From Octopus vulgaris (Eukaryota): a stretch of DNA of 64,000 nt. Within the stretch, counting starts at the first letter, position 1. Every line of letters starts with the position of its first letter. Under the pieces are notes generated by a model. It saw nothing but the letters and a program-made list of their open reading frames with translations, was not told the origin of the DNA and did no database searches. Where the stretch lies: contig OX597817.1 in the NCBI GenBank assembly GCA_951406725.2, positions 72,664,001 to 72,728,000 on the forward strand, read 5' to 3'. A program made the position numbers and the translations under genes. Shown here piece by piece: positions 24,342 to 38,534 of the stretch.

Positions 24342-27299
24342 CTCTATGCTATCATTCAACCCCATCACATTTCACTACAATATTAGAGGCACTATGCATT
24401 ATGTAGTCCTAGATAAACTAGATATGAAAAAAATATAATGGATGCTAGAGTTCAGAATAAAATATTACACAGTAAACAACATAGAGTTCAGAATAAAATA
24501 TTACATAAGATAAACAACATAAAATATGGCCTTCAACCCATTTTATAATAAACCCCTATCAACACCACTACTTAAGCTGGCAATAGACTAAGTCAACAAA
24601 ACTGCTTACAGAAAACTAGACTACAAGACCATTTTAAACAGTGACATAAAAAAAATTTTTTTAATCAGTACAGTATCAGAGCATGTATAGTCTTTACAGA
24701 AGAAATATATGAGTGAAGATTAGTCTGTAATCAAATATTTATCTAACTAAAATATCAATTTCTGTTTCATATTTATTTTTGGTTATTAACTCAGCTAAGA
24801 TTTTTGTTTCTGCCAAGAAAAAGAAAGAAAACGGTAATGATAATCAAGCAAAAAGTAATCAAATATCTTCTAAAACAATCCAAAATTAACTTCTCTCTCT
24901 AAAAATAAAAATATATAATAAATATTCTATTAAGTTTCCAATTTTCGTTTTGTTTTCATTTTATTTTTATCCAAGACAAAATTGTTTCCACTATGAAATG
25001 ACAGTGTAACTGAAATAAGAAAATTAGCATTACATATCTTAGGTATCCTTTCATTTATCTTTACTTCATACATTACAAATGATAAAAATTAATTAACTAC
25101 CCAATTTTTAGATAAATTGTACAAGCGAAATAATTTTCTATGAATACAAATGTGCATTGCTGGTGAAGGCTTGTGGACTAGTGGTTGGGGTGTTGCACTC
25201 ACGATTGCCAGATCATGGGTTCAATATCTGGACCAGGTGACATGTTTTATTCTTGAGCAAAACATTTCATTTCATATTGTTCTCGTGCTGTGAGGTGACT
25301 GGCATGTCAAAGAATAGACCCAATGCTTCCTCTGCATGCCATAAGAGGCAACTAAAAGAGGTCGAGGTAGAATTTGCACTTCAACTTTGTAAACCATTTA
25401 CCAGCAGCGACTACCCATTGGTTGGAGGGTTGTTGCCTGAGAGGTGCAAAGATATCATCTGTAAGGAGTAGGAAATTACCAATAAATGGTGGATGCAACA
25501 CGCTGTTACAACTAATGCCCCCATACTACATCTACAATGCACATTTCATTATTTGTTACAAAGATGTGGTTTTAATGTTCGTAATTTAAAATATTTTGTT
25601 TTCAATTACAAAATCTAAGAAAATTATTCTTTCATGTGTACTTATATACATATACACACACACACACATATATATATATATTGAAAAAGTGCTTATTTCA
25701 AACGAGATAGTACAACAATTAACCAAGGCTTAGAACTCCATATAAATCAATGTATATCCAACTTTCATTAAACATGTGTCCTATTTTCTATCTTCTGTTT
25801 TTTTTTTTTTTCATTTGCTATTTGAATAATTTGAAGAGTGTGACATCTGAGAGTAGAATAAAACTGATTTAGTTAAAGCCTTCTTATGACATCATAAATT
25901 ATAAAATTTTACAAGTGTTTCATGAACATTGTGCAGTAATTGTTACACAGATGTTTGCATAATCAGCTTGAATTACTAGATCTTCAGAAAAAAAGAGTAA
26001 TTTAATCCATCATTATATACCAATCTCTGCTAACAGACAGAGCTAAATGAGAACTGACAGTTTTATTTTATTCTGCTCTCATATACACATATATCAACTG
26101 AAACACCTGTTCCTGAATTTATGAGTAAGTGGCTAAGCTTTCTATGGACATATGTACCCATAATGCAATTCTTCGGCAATATCCACATGACATAGTAACA
26201 AAATTAGGTACAATCTACCCAACAGGTTTCCATGCAATTTCTGTTTACTGTCTTTATCGTACAATGTATAGGTCAATCCAAATATCATATAATGGGACCA
26301 AACCCCAGGTATCAGGGTTGTGAAACAGACTAAGTAAACTTAATTATTCAGCTACTGAGTGCATGTGCAGGCATAGTTGTTTTGTTAAGAAGCTTTCAAA
26401 CCATGTATTCATGGATTCAGTGCCACTGCATGGTACCTTGGACAAGTGTCTTTTACTATAGCCCCAAGGCCAACCAGAGAGAGAGAGTGTGTGTGTGTGT
26501 GTGTGCGTCTCCACTACCGTCACTTCATTCTGTTGCTGGGTAGGGCCTTTCATTGTCAGTATCTCAGCTGTGGCATCTCCATAAAGGGCTCTGGCAACTG
26601 GTTTAGTAGACACCCACAAAGTTTATCCACCACATTTCCAACAACAACCTTGAGCACATTTTTGAATTCCATACATCCTGACATTCATGGATATGCTTAT
26701 AAAATCAAAAACCAACAGAGCACCCATGACTTTCAGAAATATTTTTTCATGCTCAGTATTGTTGAAACACGGAATAAACTAACTGCATCATTTGCTAACT
26801 GTCGAGATACCACATCCTTCAAAACTTCCATACTACGTGAAATTCACCAGCATGGCTCCCCATCTGTTTCTTTTTTTTTAAAGACATTCACTATTCACTT
26901 CCTGTGCATATTCTATGTACTGTTCATGCACTTTTGGTTTCTTTGTCTAAGTTGTAGTGCACCTGAGCACTGTATACAAGTTCATTATTATTATAATGCT
27001 TTGATCTTCTATAGAACCTTTATAATATCAAAGCATGTCCAAAGGAAGCACCACAAAACAGACAGTAAGTAATTGAATATCATAGCACAGAAGTCATCAA
27101 TGAAGTAAAAACACTATAATTAGATAACCAGCAATTCCAATATCCTTAAGTATCCAACAACAAACCTTAAGTGTGGCACCAAATAATAAAAACAAACAAA
27201 TGGATTTTCTAGTGTTGCTACAATTGTTTTGTTAGGAGTTTCAAAATAAAAACTAATGAAACTATTGTAAGAATACCAGAAAACTCATTCATGTTTTTA

Positions 27300-27343
<44 letters not shown>

Positions 27344-27349
27344 TATATA

Positions 27350-27561
27350 CAAGGGGGTGCTGAAAAGTCCCTGGCTTTGAGTAAATGAAAATACAGGAGG
27401 ATCAACTAAGGATTTTATAGAACAAATTTCCCTCTCAGATTCACACACTTATTGCAGCGGTCCATCAGTTATTCTAAGTCCTGTAAAAGAACTCAGAAGG
27501 TTGGGCAAACCAAGCCTTTTGCGCTATCCCTTGAAGCCAGGAACTTTTCAGCACCCCCTTA
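27350..27561. mobile_element. Mariner-type MITE, TA-flanked
   Basis: ~28-nt TIR aagggggtgctgaaaagtccctggcttt / gaagccaggaacttttcagcaccccctt. Confidence 0.85.
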
Positions 27562-29375
27562 TATATAAGGAAAGCAACTGTTCACATGCGATAATGTATA
27601 AATGAAGCCTTAGCTATGTCTGTAAAAGAAAACGGGGATTAAAATGATGGCCAAAAAACAATAACTACCAAAAGTATTAAAATTCTATTCTATTTATTTG
27701 ATTACTCTAAACTGTCAATGTTTTACAATCAGAAACAAAAAGCAAAAAAACAATCTTTTGGACAAGCCAACAAGAACATCTACGTGGTTGCCCAACCTAC
27801 AAAAAATAGCACCAAAATCCTTTCATACATACACTCTGCCCGAGATGATCATGTCTGAAATGCACATAAGTTTTCTCATATAGGACTACACAAGAATACA
27901 ACAAGAGCTAGTACATGTCTATAAAGAAATTTCACAGGACTACTATTTTCTTCAGATTCCAAACAGATATTCCCCATTCATCTGTTCATCACTCACTACA
28001 CTCTACCTCTATATCTGACCATCTATTACTCTCCCCTTACAGTCTTACGAAGCTACTCTTTCTCTCTACCCCATCTAATCCATTCTTCCATATATCCACC
28101 CTCTTGTATCTTGGGATGCTCTTACATCTCACCATCACTATCTTCATTCCAGCTACTCCCATTCAGCCTTATATAATGCAGCGTAGAAAGACACTTGACT
28201 TGTCCTTGTATCACACTTCAGTTTCTCAACACCTGGCACAAAACCACCATCTCCTCTCAAGTACTACCTCACTACACACATAGTTGAAGGAGTTTTTCCT
28301 TATTCCATTTCTTATCTTCTAAGTTACCTAACAACCTAACTAGAGCCAGTAACAATGAAAAACAAAAAGCACCAAGAACACACTGTGAAGTGGCTGGCAT
28401 TAGGAAAGGCATACGGAAAACACACCAAAGCTGACACTGGAGTTCAACATGGCCCTGCAGCTTGCTAGATCCTAAAAACTGTCCAGCCAATGCCAGCATG
28501 AAAAATGATGATAACAAAGAATGTGTAAAAGAATGCTAAAATAAACATGGTAGAGACAGTAACCAAACAGTGCCCAGACAGATCTGAAACTTAAACTCCA
28601 ACTCATTAGTTCAGTGCATGTAGTGCTGAGGTAGGAAGAGCTACTATAAGAATGATCTTCATTGAGTGGCTATAGCAACAGAAAACATAGACAAAAGTAA
28701 GTGTCAGTAGTATAATCACATGGGAAGATGTGTATTCTAACAAATGAATGGTGTAAATCAAGACTTGATTATATCATTCATTTGTATACACAACTTTCCA
28801 TGTGAAGACACTCCTTGTACTTACTTTTGCTTCTCTATCTTTTCTGCCATATATATAACCATGCATGGATGTGTGTGTATACAATATGTATGTATTCATG
28901 TTTGTGAGTGTATGCCTGTGTGTATATACATGTGTATATTTGTTTACATTTCTGAGAAAGATAGTTGAAATTGGTTTTTGTTGACAACTCCATGTCAATA
29001 AACTCCCCTTTTTGAAAACATGTAAAATAAGTTGTCTATTACTTGGAAAAAGAAATTAGTGTTAGTATCAGGAAGGGCAAGCACGGAAAAACCGATTTAG
29101 ACAAAAAAAAAGAAGGTATAGGCAATTTATAAATGTTATGCAAATGATGATATCTTTAAGAGTTTAATATTAAATTTTGTGAGTGTGTGTGCGTAAATGA
29201 TTAATAAAATATAATTTACATTTGCAGTTTCCTTTTGATTACAATACCAGTGACTTCAAAGTAAGTCTCACACAAATCTAACATCTCTGACCGTCACTCA
29301 TTGCCACTCCATTATTTTGCTTTGGATTCCCCCTACCTGCATGACCAACATAAAACAGTTTTGTTTTGTTTTGTT

Positions 29376-29408
<33 letters not shown>

Positions 29409-29649
29409 TTATATTTATATATTATACCCACACACATACACACTTATACATATGCCAGTGTACTGAACACACTTTTTTATTCTTAAATATAACAAAAAAT
29501 TGTCATGTACCTAATGCAACCATCTTATGGATGGGATACCGAGTGTATGATGAAATATTTGTTTTTAACCACAAAAAAGGAGTTTATCTTATGTAAGTGC
29601 ATGTATAACTATGTGTGCGTGTGTATATGTATGTATATATACATAAATA

Positions 29650-29685
<36 letters not shown>

Positions 29686-29776
29686 CACACACAGGTAAAA
29701 AGTGAATGAGTGCTTGTGTTAAATAAATATTTTCAGGATTAAATAAAAAGACAACAAACGGAAAATATGACATACC

Positions 29777-29816
<40 letters not shown>

Positions 29817-31869
29817 TATATATTATCATCATCATTTAATGTCTGTGTTCCATGCTAGCATGAGTGGAACAAAAACATGTAGTAAATAGACATACGAATA
29901 TATACTAAATACACAGATGAACAGAAGGTCACCAACTCCTCTTCAGTTATTGGCCAGAGGGTCAAAGCGCAATTTCAGCTATTATCGATAAAATTGCTTC
30001 CACTCTGGAGGCACTGGCAAGAAACCTGCCAGGAATGGGACCAAAACATAACAAGACGAGCTTGATACAAGACCACTAGTAAACAGGTGAAGAACAAAAC
30101 AATACACAGAATAAAGGCTTAGGGCCACGCAAAAACAACAATTAAAATGAAATTAATACATATACAGCAAAAAAAGCCTCACAGCTGCAAAACAAGACAA
30201 AAATGGGTAACTCAAAGGAGCAATGAAAACTACCCTAAAGGACTATAAACACAGGAGGGGGTAGAGCGAGGAGTTCAGAAAAATGTGACCAGTCCAGTCA
30301 AAGGCAATGCTAAAGAGAATGACACCAACTTATGCTGTCAAGGATCATGTAATAGTGAAAGGAGAGTAAAAAAGACAGACAGCAGGAGAGAGAGAGAAAG
30401 AAAGGAAGAGCTCAGAAAATCGCAACCAGTCCAGTTGAAGGCAACGTGAAAAAGAATGACACGTGATAGTGGGAGGAGGGTGACAGAGAGAGAGAAAGAA
30501 AGGAAATTGAGAGAAGCAAAGTAAAGGAAAGAGACAGAGTAGCACATACTGTCCAGGGCCCTTGGGAGCTGCCTTAACTCCTTTCGTACCAGGACACTTT
30601 GCAAGATTACGGATTATCATTGTCTGGATTTCATATACAGCCACCAACAACACTCAGAATTTGAAATGTGTCCTGCTACTTGTAGGATTCTGGAGCATCA
30701 GCTCAGACTGTTTGATCACATTGCTCAATTTTCTAACTTGAATCCTACATATAGTGGCCAGGGTGACAGAATGCGTTGGTTAGTCACATGCCACATGGTC
30801 ACGGTGTGTGAGGAAGTATTTAACGGAGATGGGGACTGACTGGGAGACACTGATCCAAGAGTTATCCAGGATGACCCAAGCAAATACCAACAAACAATGG
30901 ATGCATCAATGCACTGCAACAGCACATGCCTCCATACCTGACCTAACTACATTTCAGAGACTTTGTGATGTAAACATCACATAAAAAAATTACGTATAAA
31001 CATGAAATACCAATAAGGTTATGCAATACATTACATATAAACTCTCAAATCCTCAGGTTATACTTTAGTTCAAGTGAGTAGAAACTGATATGTCATTATG
31101 TTGAGTCCAAAACAGCATATAAAAATCAATTGGTAATACCTATCTTTGAGTACAAAACAGTATATCAAATCAACTAACAATACCTATTGAAGTGGGATAG
31201 TTCATGATCAGTCAAGCAAATCTTTAGGCCTATTAACTATAAAATTCAGAGAAATGATAGCAGAAAGTGGGTGTTCCAAGACAAAATGTAATTACATGTA
31301 GTGAGGGGAACAAGGTAACAGATCAGAACAAAGAGTAAGCTAAATGAATGGTACTATCTTACAAAAGATCATTTATCAAGTTGACTTAGAGATGTTAGCT
31401 TTGAGTTTATTACCCATTAAATAAGTCCCCCTCAAACTTACACATATTTATGTAGACATACATTTATACAATCACATACAAACATATATGGATGGATAGA
31501 TAGAAAAATACAGGATTTATGCAAAACAAATTTTTATTGTGACTTTGAAACTTAACCTAATAAAAGTTTAGTTAGGTGCATGGTTCTAGGTTCAATGTCA
31601 CTAGACGACAACATGGCCAAGTGTTCTCTACAACAAGAGGATGACTGAAGCCTTTTCAGTGGTTTTGGTAGACAGAAACTGAAAGAAAACCTTTGTGCAT
31701 GTGTATATGTATGTACATACGTATGTGTGTGTACATGTGTATATAGTTGGCATTAGAAGAAAACAGACAGTGAAGCCTAGTACAATCTCCTGGTTTACCA
31801 GCTCCTGTCAAACTGTCCAACCCATGTTAGCATGGGAAATGGACATTAAATGATGATGAGATATCATGA

Positions 31870-32590
31870 GAATTTACAAAAAAACAAAAGAAGACAGGTG
31901 TGTAAACAACAAACAAATGTATTAGTTTAATGCTTGGGAAGTGAGAAAGTCTTTTACATTTCGAGCCTACGCTCTTTGACAGAAAGGAACACAAAAATAA
32001 ACAGGGAGAGAAAATAGAAAAGGGTTTAGTGGCTAGTGATCTATCATGGTGAAAGCCGGACAGAGGGGTCACACAGGGGAGCTAGGAAGAAGGGGAAATA
32101 ATAGTGGTGATCCCAAAACGAAGGTGCGTGTGTGTATGTGAGAGTGTGCATGTGTGTGTGGAAGGGGACTGGTGACATTGACGTGTGTGCCTGTGTAGGT
32201 GTGTGGGTGATGGTGTAGGTGCTGAAAAGTGGTCAGTGCAAGTGTGTGTGGGGTGGTGTGGCTAGAGGAAGTAGAGGAGAGAGGAGGAGGGTTAGATGAA
32301 ACAAGGAGAGTTGAGCCCATGTGGCACAAAGGAGTGAAGAGAGAAAATTAATCCCTGCTCACGGCAAAGACGAGAGTCCGGATGGCCCTGTGCAAGGACA
32401 ATCCGAATACAGACAGGTTTTGTAAAGAGTGACCAGTAGAGTGGAAATGGAGTGAGACCAAGTTGTTGTTGCCAAGTCGGATGTCTTGGGGGTGTTCCGC
32501 AAACCAGTCAACCAAGCGGCATCCCGATTGACCGATGTATAGAGAAGGACAGAGAGAGCAGGAGATGCAGCTGCTAGTGCAGGTGAAGAT
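31870..32590 (-). mobile_element. Penelope-like element 3' fragment (GIY-YIG endonuclease relic plus 3' region)
   Basis: LYIGQSGCRLVDWFAEH...VSLHFHSTGHS resembles PLE YIGET.R.L..RF.EH...HF...H. Confidence 0.8.
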
Positions 32591-33995
32591 GATGATATAT
32601 AGATAGATATTACACACATACACACACGTGTGTTACTGTCTCCTTGTCTTGACATCATGTGAATGTTGTAAACAAGCAGTGTCCATTTCCAATCTTCCAT
32701 GAAAACAGGTCTGGTCATGTGGAAATATTACCTTAGTAGGAAACTGGTAAAGATGAGCATTCAGCCATAGAACATCCACCTCGACAAATTCTGTCTGACC
32801 CATGTGTCAGTATAGAAAAGTTGTCATTAAAACAATAGTGAAGACAAGAAAATACTTGCACGGCATTTTATGTTGTCAACACTGAGTTTACATTTTTGTT
32901 TCCTGACTTAATAGACATTATTATGGGATATGTGTGTCTGTCTTATGTATGCATGTATATCTTTTGCTTTTGTATTAAGTATGTGTGTGTGCCTCTGTAC
33001 GAGTTATTGTGTCATCTACTATTCACATCAATGAAGAAAATTTTCTTTAATATGTTAATATAAAAAAGAAAAAAGTTTCTTGTTTTGGAAGTTCTAAAAA
33101 CATTTTCAGTGTGTAAGAGTATATTAGTTGAAACTTTATCACCACAAAATATGGTCTTGTAGAAAATCTAGACAGTTAGACAGAGTCTTTGAATTTTAGC
33201 ATCATAAAGATGTTCTGAATTTTTGTTAAAAAGAGGAAATGTTAATTCCTGCATTCTTGTTAAAAAGAGGAAACGTTAATTCCAACATTCAGAAGTATAG
33301 AAAAGAAATCTGGCTGCACTTAGTAGCAGAGAGTATGTGCTATGGATATTTTTGGTAGTCACTAGAAATACTCAAATGTTAAATAAAACTTCCTCTTGGG
33401 TTGTAACAGTTCAGTAAGTCACATTAAAAATTGCTGTTGAAAATATAATGTAAAAGTGTGTGGGTGGCAATATACCTCATCACAGTAAATTTTACAGAAA
33501 TTCCATATGTTGACCACTTAATACATAGCACAAATTATATTTAGAACACAGACAAGTGTGTGCATGTGAGTGTGCGTTTATGGATATTTTTTTTATTATT
33601 TCGTTTTAGTCAGCTGGCTGTGGCCATGCTGGAGCACTGCCTTCAAAGGTTTTAGTCAAACAAATCACCCCAGGACTTATTTCTTAAGCCTAGTACTTAT
33701 TCTATTGATCTCTTTTGCCGAACTGGAACAAAAACACACCAGTTGTCAAGCAGTGATGGGAGCACAAACACAAAGATATACACACACACGTGTGTGTCTT
33801 TATATATATATATATACATATATACACACACACAATAGTTTCCATCTACCAATTCTAATGACAAGGCTTTGGTTACCTCAAGGTTATTGTACAAGACACT
33901 TGCCCAAAGTACCATGCAGTGGTGAGACTGAACCCGGAACCATGTGGTTGGGAAGCAAGCTTCTTACCACATAGCCATGCCTGTGCCTATATACA

Positions 33996-34057
<62 letters not shown>

Positions 34058-34394
34058 AACACATAACAAAACACACATGTATGAATATAAATCATCATCA
34101 TCATCATTTAACGTCCGTTTTCCATGCTGGCGTGGGTTGGACGGTCCGACCGGGGTCTGGGAAAACAGGAGGCTGCACCAGGCCCCACATATATAGACAT
34201 ACATCTAAACATATATAAATGTGAATACATATAGGCAAAGGGATGGTTATATGTCAAAGAATTTCACTTCAGAATGTGATTTAAGGTTCAAGAGTGCATA
34301 AACACTCACCTTCTACTATAGCTGTGGGACTGACCAATAACTTACGAGCGAAATTTGGTTGACTGAAACTGAAAAAAGCCCATATACATATATA

Positions 34395-35040
34395 AAGGGT
34401 GTTACCAAGAAAATGTATACACACTTCAACAGCTAATAACTCAATTGACATTTCTTTTTAGATATAACCCATTAGAAAAAATATGAAAGAAACTATCTAC
34501 ACAACTTATCACTTGTAATAGAGATAAAGTTTGAAACAGATAGAACTGTTCCAGAAGACTGCGGACATCAATAAGTCTCACAAAGCAAGAAAAGGGTCTA
34601 GAAACATATTGTCTGAGTTCAAGAAAATTTGTGCAGCAAGTCATGAGGTAGATATTTCAAAATCAAGCATCCATAGAATTTTGAAGTGCCATCAGAGGAA
34701 AAGTTGCATTCCAAGAATAATCCATGCTCTCCAAGTCAATGATCCAGTTCAAAGTGGAGTTTTAGGAGTAGCATTTGGCAAGGTGTGTAGCAGATGCATA
34801 CTTTCAAAGGAAGATAGTTTGGAGTGATAAAGCTACATTTAAACTAAATGGCTCAATTAACTGCCACATTTGAGAAACCACATATTATGGAAACATGATG
34901 ATTTACCAAGAGTTACAGTATATTGCAGCTTATCAACAATAGGATTAATTGAACCATTTTTTTTAATGGTATTGTAACTGGTCCCATTTACTAGAACTTG
35001 CTGTGACAATCTGTTATATCAAGCATCATAGATTTTGTTT
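34395..35040 (+). mobile_element. Tc1/mariner transposase relic
   Basis: ISKSSIHRILK (HTH) and [16 protein letters not shown] (WSDE..F.LNG.VN) motifs; starts after TA with agggtgtt. Confidence 0.7.
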
Positions 35041-35410
35041 CTGTGTCTACCTAGCTCCAACACTGAAGTCACTAGCCCCTAACCTATGTTGCATTGTGCA
35101 TTTTTCACTAGAAGAGGATTTGGTAATAGCCATTCTGTTCCATTTCTCAGTGAGAATATAACATCTATGTTCACCAGATTTGTAGGTGATGAGGTGGTTG
35201 GCCACATACATACTATGTATATACACACATATACATAAAAATATAAACATACATATACATATATGTATGTTTATAATAATAAAGGATTGAACCAGACTGT
35301 TTTGGCATGGTTTTTACAGATGGATGCCCTTCCTAACATCAACCACTTTACCGAATGGACTGTGTGCTTTCACATGGCACCAGCACTAGCAAGGTCTGTT
35401 TGGCATGGTT

Positions 35411-36233
35411 TTCTTGAAAAAAAAAAACCCACCCACTTCAGCAAAGCTGAGTTCTGGAAGCGCTCTGTGTCTCACCCATATGTAATATTAAATTTTTCAC
35501 ACACCCACCCCAATACACCAAACTACTTATCTTCTCTTCCTCATATTTCACTTTACAGAATGGACTGGGTACTTTTCATGTGGCACCAGCATCAGCAAGG
35601 TTTGTTTGGCATGAACTTTACAGCTGGATGCCCTTCCTAATGTAACCATTTTACAGTGTGAACAGGATGCTTTTTACATGGCACCAGCATTGGTGGAGGT
35701 CAACAAGTAACTTTCAAAACAGAAATCATTTGGGAGGTGGGGGTATTGGAAGAGGTGGCCTTGTGCCAGGTTATGAGAGATAGGAGTGACAGAGGGACAG
35801 AAACAGATATCGATGTAGAGAAGATACATGGTTATCTCAGCCAGAAAGACAGAGCAAGAAAGAGTGATCAAGAATGAGAGAGTAAGAGTGAAAGCATGTG
35901 AAAATGAGATGGTAGAGCATTGCCAAGTATGCAAGAGTAGGGAGTAGGAAATCTATACGCATGCAAAGATGGAAAAGGGGAGAATATAAAATCTGTTGAA
36001 ACCTTGGTATATAGAAGGGGGACAACAGGATAGCAATGATACAGTGGGCAGATCAGTAAGGAAAGAATTAGATTGCAGGAGTGATGAGTGAAATATGCAT
36101 GAAATATGAGCAAGAGAAGAAAAGTAGTTTGGTTTATTGGGATGGGTGTGTAAAAAATTTAATATTACATGTGGGTGAAACACAGCACTTTCAGAACTCA
36201 GCTTTGCTGAAGTGGGTGGGTTTTTTTCAAGAA
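35411..36233. repeat. ~140-nt imperfect inverted repeat (35411-35550 vs 36100-36233)
   Basis: ttcttgaaaaa..cccacccacttcagcaaagctgagttctg... versus ...cagaactcagctttgctgaagtgggtggg..tcaagaa. Confidence 0.9.
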
Positions 36234-36932
36234 TCTCGTATCACCCGACATCTCAGTCCATCATCATCTTTTCCATGAAGTCCAACATCCTAAGATCAGC
36301 CCTCATTGGATCTCCATCTTCCAAAGGTACCAGCCACTTTGAGTGATCAGCACTTCTTTATACAGCTGTCTTTGTTCATATGCATCACATGTCCAAACCA
36401 ACATAGTCTTCCCTCTTGCATGCTACATTTGATTCCTCTTATGCCCAATTTTTGTTTCAGTACATTTGCATTTTGTTATACATACACCCTGACATTGCAT
36501 ATCCATCAACTTATACTAGTCTATGCATGTCTTCTGTGTTTAGAGCCCATGTCTCACTACCATGGAGCATAGCCATTCATACACAAGCATCATACAATCT
36601 GCCTTTCATTCTGAGAAAGAATCTTTTTGTTGCCAACAGAGGTAACAGCTCTCTGAACTTCCTCCATCCTACTCTTATTCTAGAAAGAATACTTTCAGAA
36701 CATCCTTCACCATTGCTAATTTGGTCACCTAATTAATAGAAACTATCCACAACCTCAACAGAGCATCCTAGGTATTTGAGAGTCTAATTTCAGTGTGTCC
36801 TTAGCGCTTATGGTTCCTGCTAAGACGACTTCCTCTGTCAATCTACCTGTGATTCTACTGCACCTCTTATGTGTCCATAGCTTGCACTGAATGGAATTTC
36901 TGCAATGAATGGAATGAATGGAATTTCTTTAA

Positions 36933-37143
36933 CCCTTTTGTTACTGGATTTATTTTGAGATGCTCTGTGTTTCTTTCAATTACTTTCAATATAACAAAGA
37001 ATTTAGTACAATAACTTAGTTATCATTCAGCTAGTGTTATGAACATAAATTGTGACTAAGGTTTGGTAGATTTTAATTCAAAACTTATGAGAAGAAGACA
37101 TCTGTAGCCAGAGCCAGTTTCAGCCAGGTTGCTAACGAAAGGG
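36933..37143. mobile_element. piggyBac-type MITE with TTAA TSD nested in an RTE
   Basis: TTAA-cccttttgtta ... taacgaaaggg-TTAA. Confidence 0.8.
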
Positions 37144-37339
37144 TTAAACTCCTTTCCTACATATTGAGCAGGGCCATTTACTTGATGGAAATAGAGTCTT
37201 TATACACTCCCTTACTAACAACTTTGGTCTTTACCAGGTCTTGATTTGAGGCCTTTGATTTCATGTTTTGCTTCCATACCTGAAATTTCTTCTCCAATTC
37301 AGCAACAGATTCTGCAATAAGAGCAAGGTCATCAGCATA

Positions 37340-37555
37340 CAAGGTGGTATTGTAAAGTTCCAGGCTTTAAGGGTATTATGAAAGGCCTGGTTAGAGGTCC
37401 AACCTTCCAAGTTCTTTTACAAGGCTGAGAAAAACTGAAGGACCACTGCAATAAGTGTGTGTATCTGAGAGGGGAATATGTTCAATAAAATCATACTTAG
37501 CTGATCCTCCTATAGTTTCTTTTACCCAAGCCAGGAACCTTTCAGTACTCTCTCA
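37340..37555. mobile_element. Mariner-type MITE (same family as 27350, opposite orientation) nested in an RTE
   Basis: Decayed TIRs, TA on both sides, internal homology to 27350-27561. Confidence 0.8.
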
Positions 37556-38359
37556 TAGCAATTCCCACGAGATGCCAGTTTCAAATTCTCCTGTTATGGC
37601 CTGGTGGACTATGGAGAATAGGAGAGGACTGAGCTATTTGTACACTAAATTTATCACTGTATTTATGGCTGACTCTCACCCTACTGACAGCACCACTGTA
37701 CATGGCTTGTACAGCTCTCACAAGCTACTCTTCTTCTAACTTTAGAAACCACTATATAACAAAAAGTATAATTCATTTGCTAAAACAAATAACTCAACTT
37801 CCAGATCACCAATATTGAATGTCTTTGAAGACACCATTTTAAACTCATGATTACCTGAGCATGTTTGTGTATGTATATTAGTGTGTCATGTCTTATAACT
37901 GTCTATCAACATTTCCTGTTGCTGACACAGATTTTGAGGTCTTAAAATAAAGTGAAAATTTTCAAATTTGAAATATTGATGTAATTTTTCATGCTGAATC
38001 CAATTTTGTTATTTATTTGCTCCAGGAAAATGTTTGAAAAATGATACAGAGGTTTAAAGTTTGATCATTTTTACCTAATCAAAAAACAAGAAGTGGAAGC
38101 TGACATTTTCTGCATAATAGCTGTCTATCATAAAATGAATGTAAAAAAAAACATTATGAAGACAAAAGTTGTAGGAAGTTTTGATGTTTTAATTAATAAA
38201 GTAATGTGAAACAGCCAAACAAGCACGTAAATAATTTACAAAGGAAAAAATCCTCAACGAAAGTTTTTGCAAAAAATTGCACAAATCTCTCCTGATCAAG
38301 AGCCCTAGCCATTGGTCAGACATGGAATATTAAAAAAAAAAGGCATTCTACCGTGAAAA

Positions 38360-38390
38360 TTGCCTAGCAAGAACAGGCAACTCAGCAAGT
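38360..38390 (+). mobile_element. Helitron-like 3' terminus (decayed)
   Basis: ttgcct...aggcaa hairpin then ctcag-CAAG-t (CTAG variant). Confidence 0.4.
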
Positions 38391-38399
38391 GTGTATGTA

Positions 38400-38444
<45 letters not shown>

Positions 38445-38491
38445 CCACCCATGCTAGTATGGAAGGCAGACATTAAACGATGATATATATC

Positions 38492-38534
<43 letters not shown>

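Larger units (their letters stand above)
35290..37740 (-). mobile_element. Decayed RTE-type LINE interrupted by two MITEs and a templated inversion
   Basis: WELL-YADDLAL, WPCSICRKGV, NSIQCKLWTHKR, GRLYDAC relics. Confidence 0.8.

Noticed and set aside
26446-27072. Longest ORF in the track (208 aa)
   Set aside because: Starts in a SINE, runs through (GA)/(GT) microsatellite and repeat-like sequence, has no domain, and is antisense within CSDE1 intron 1.
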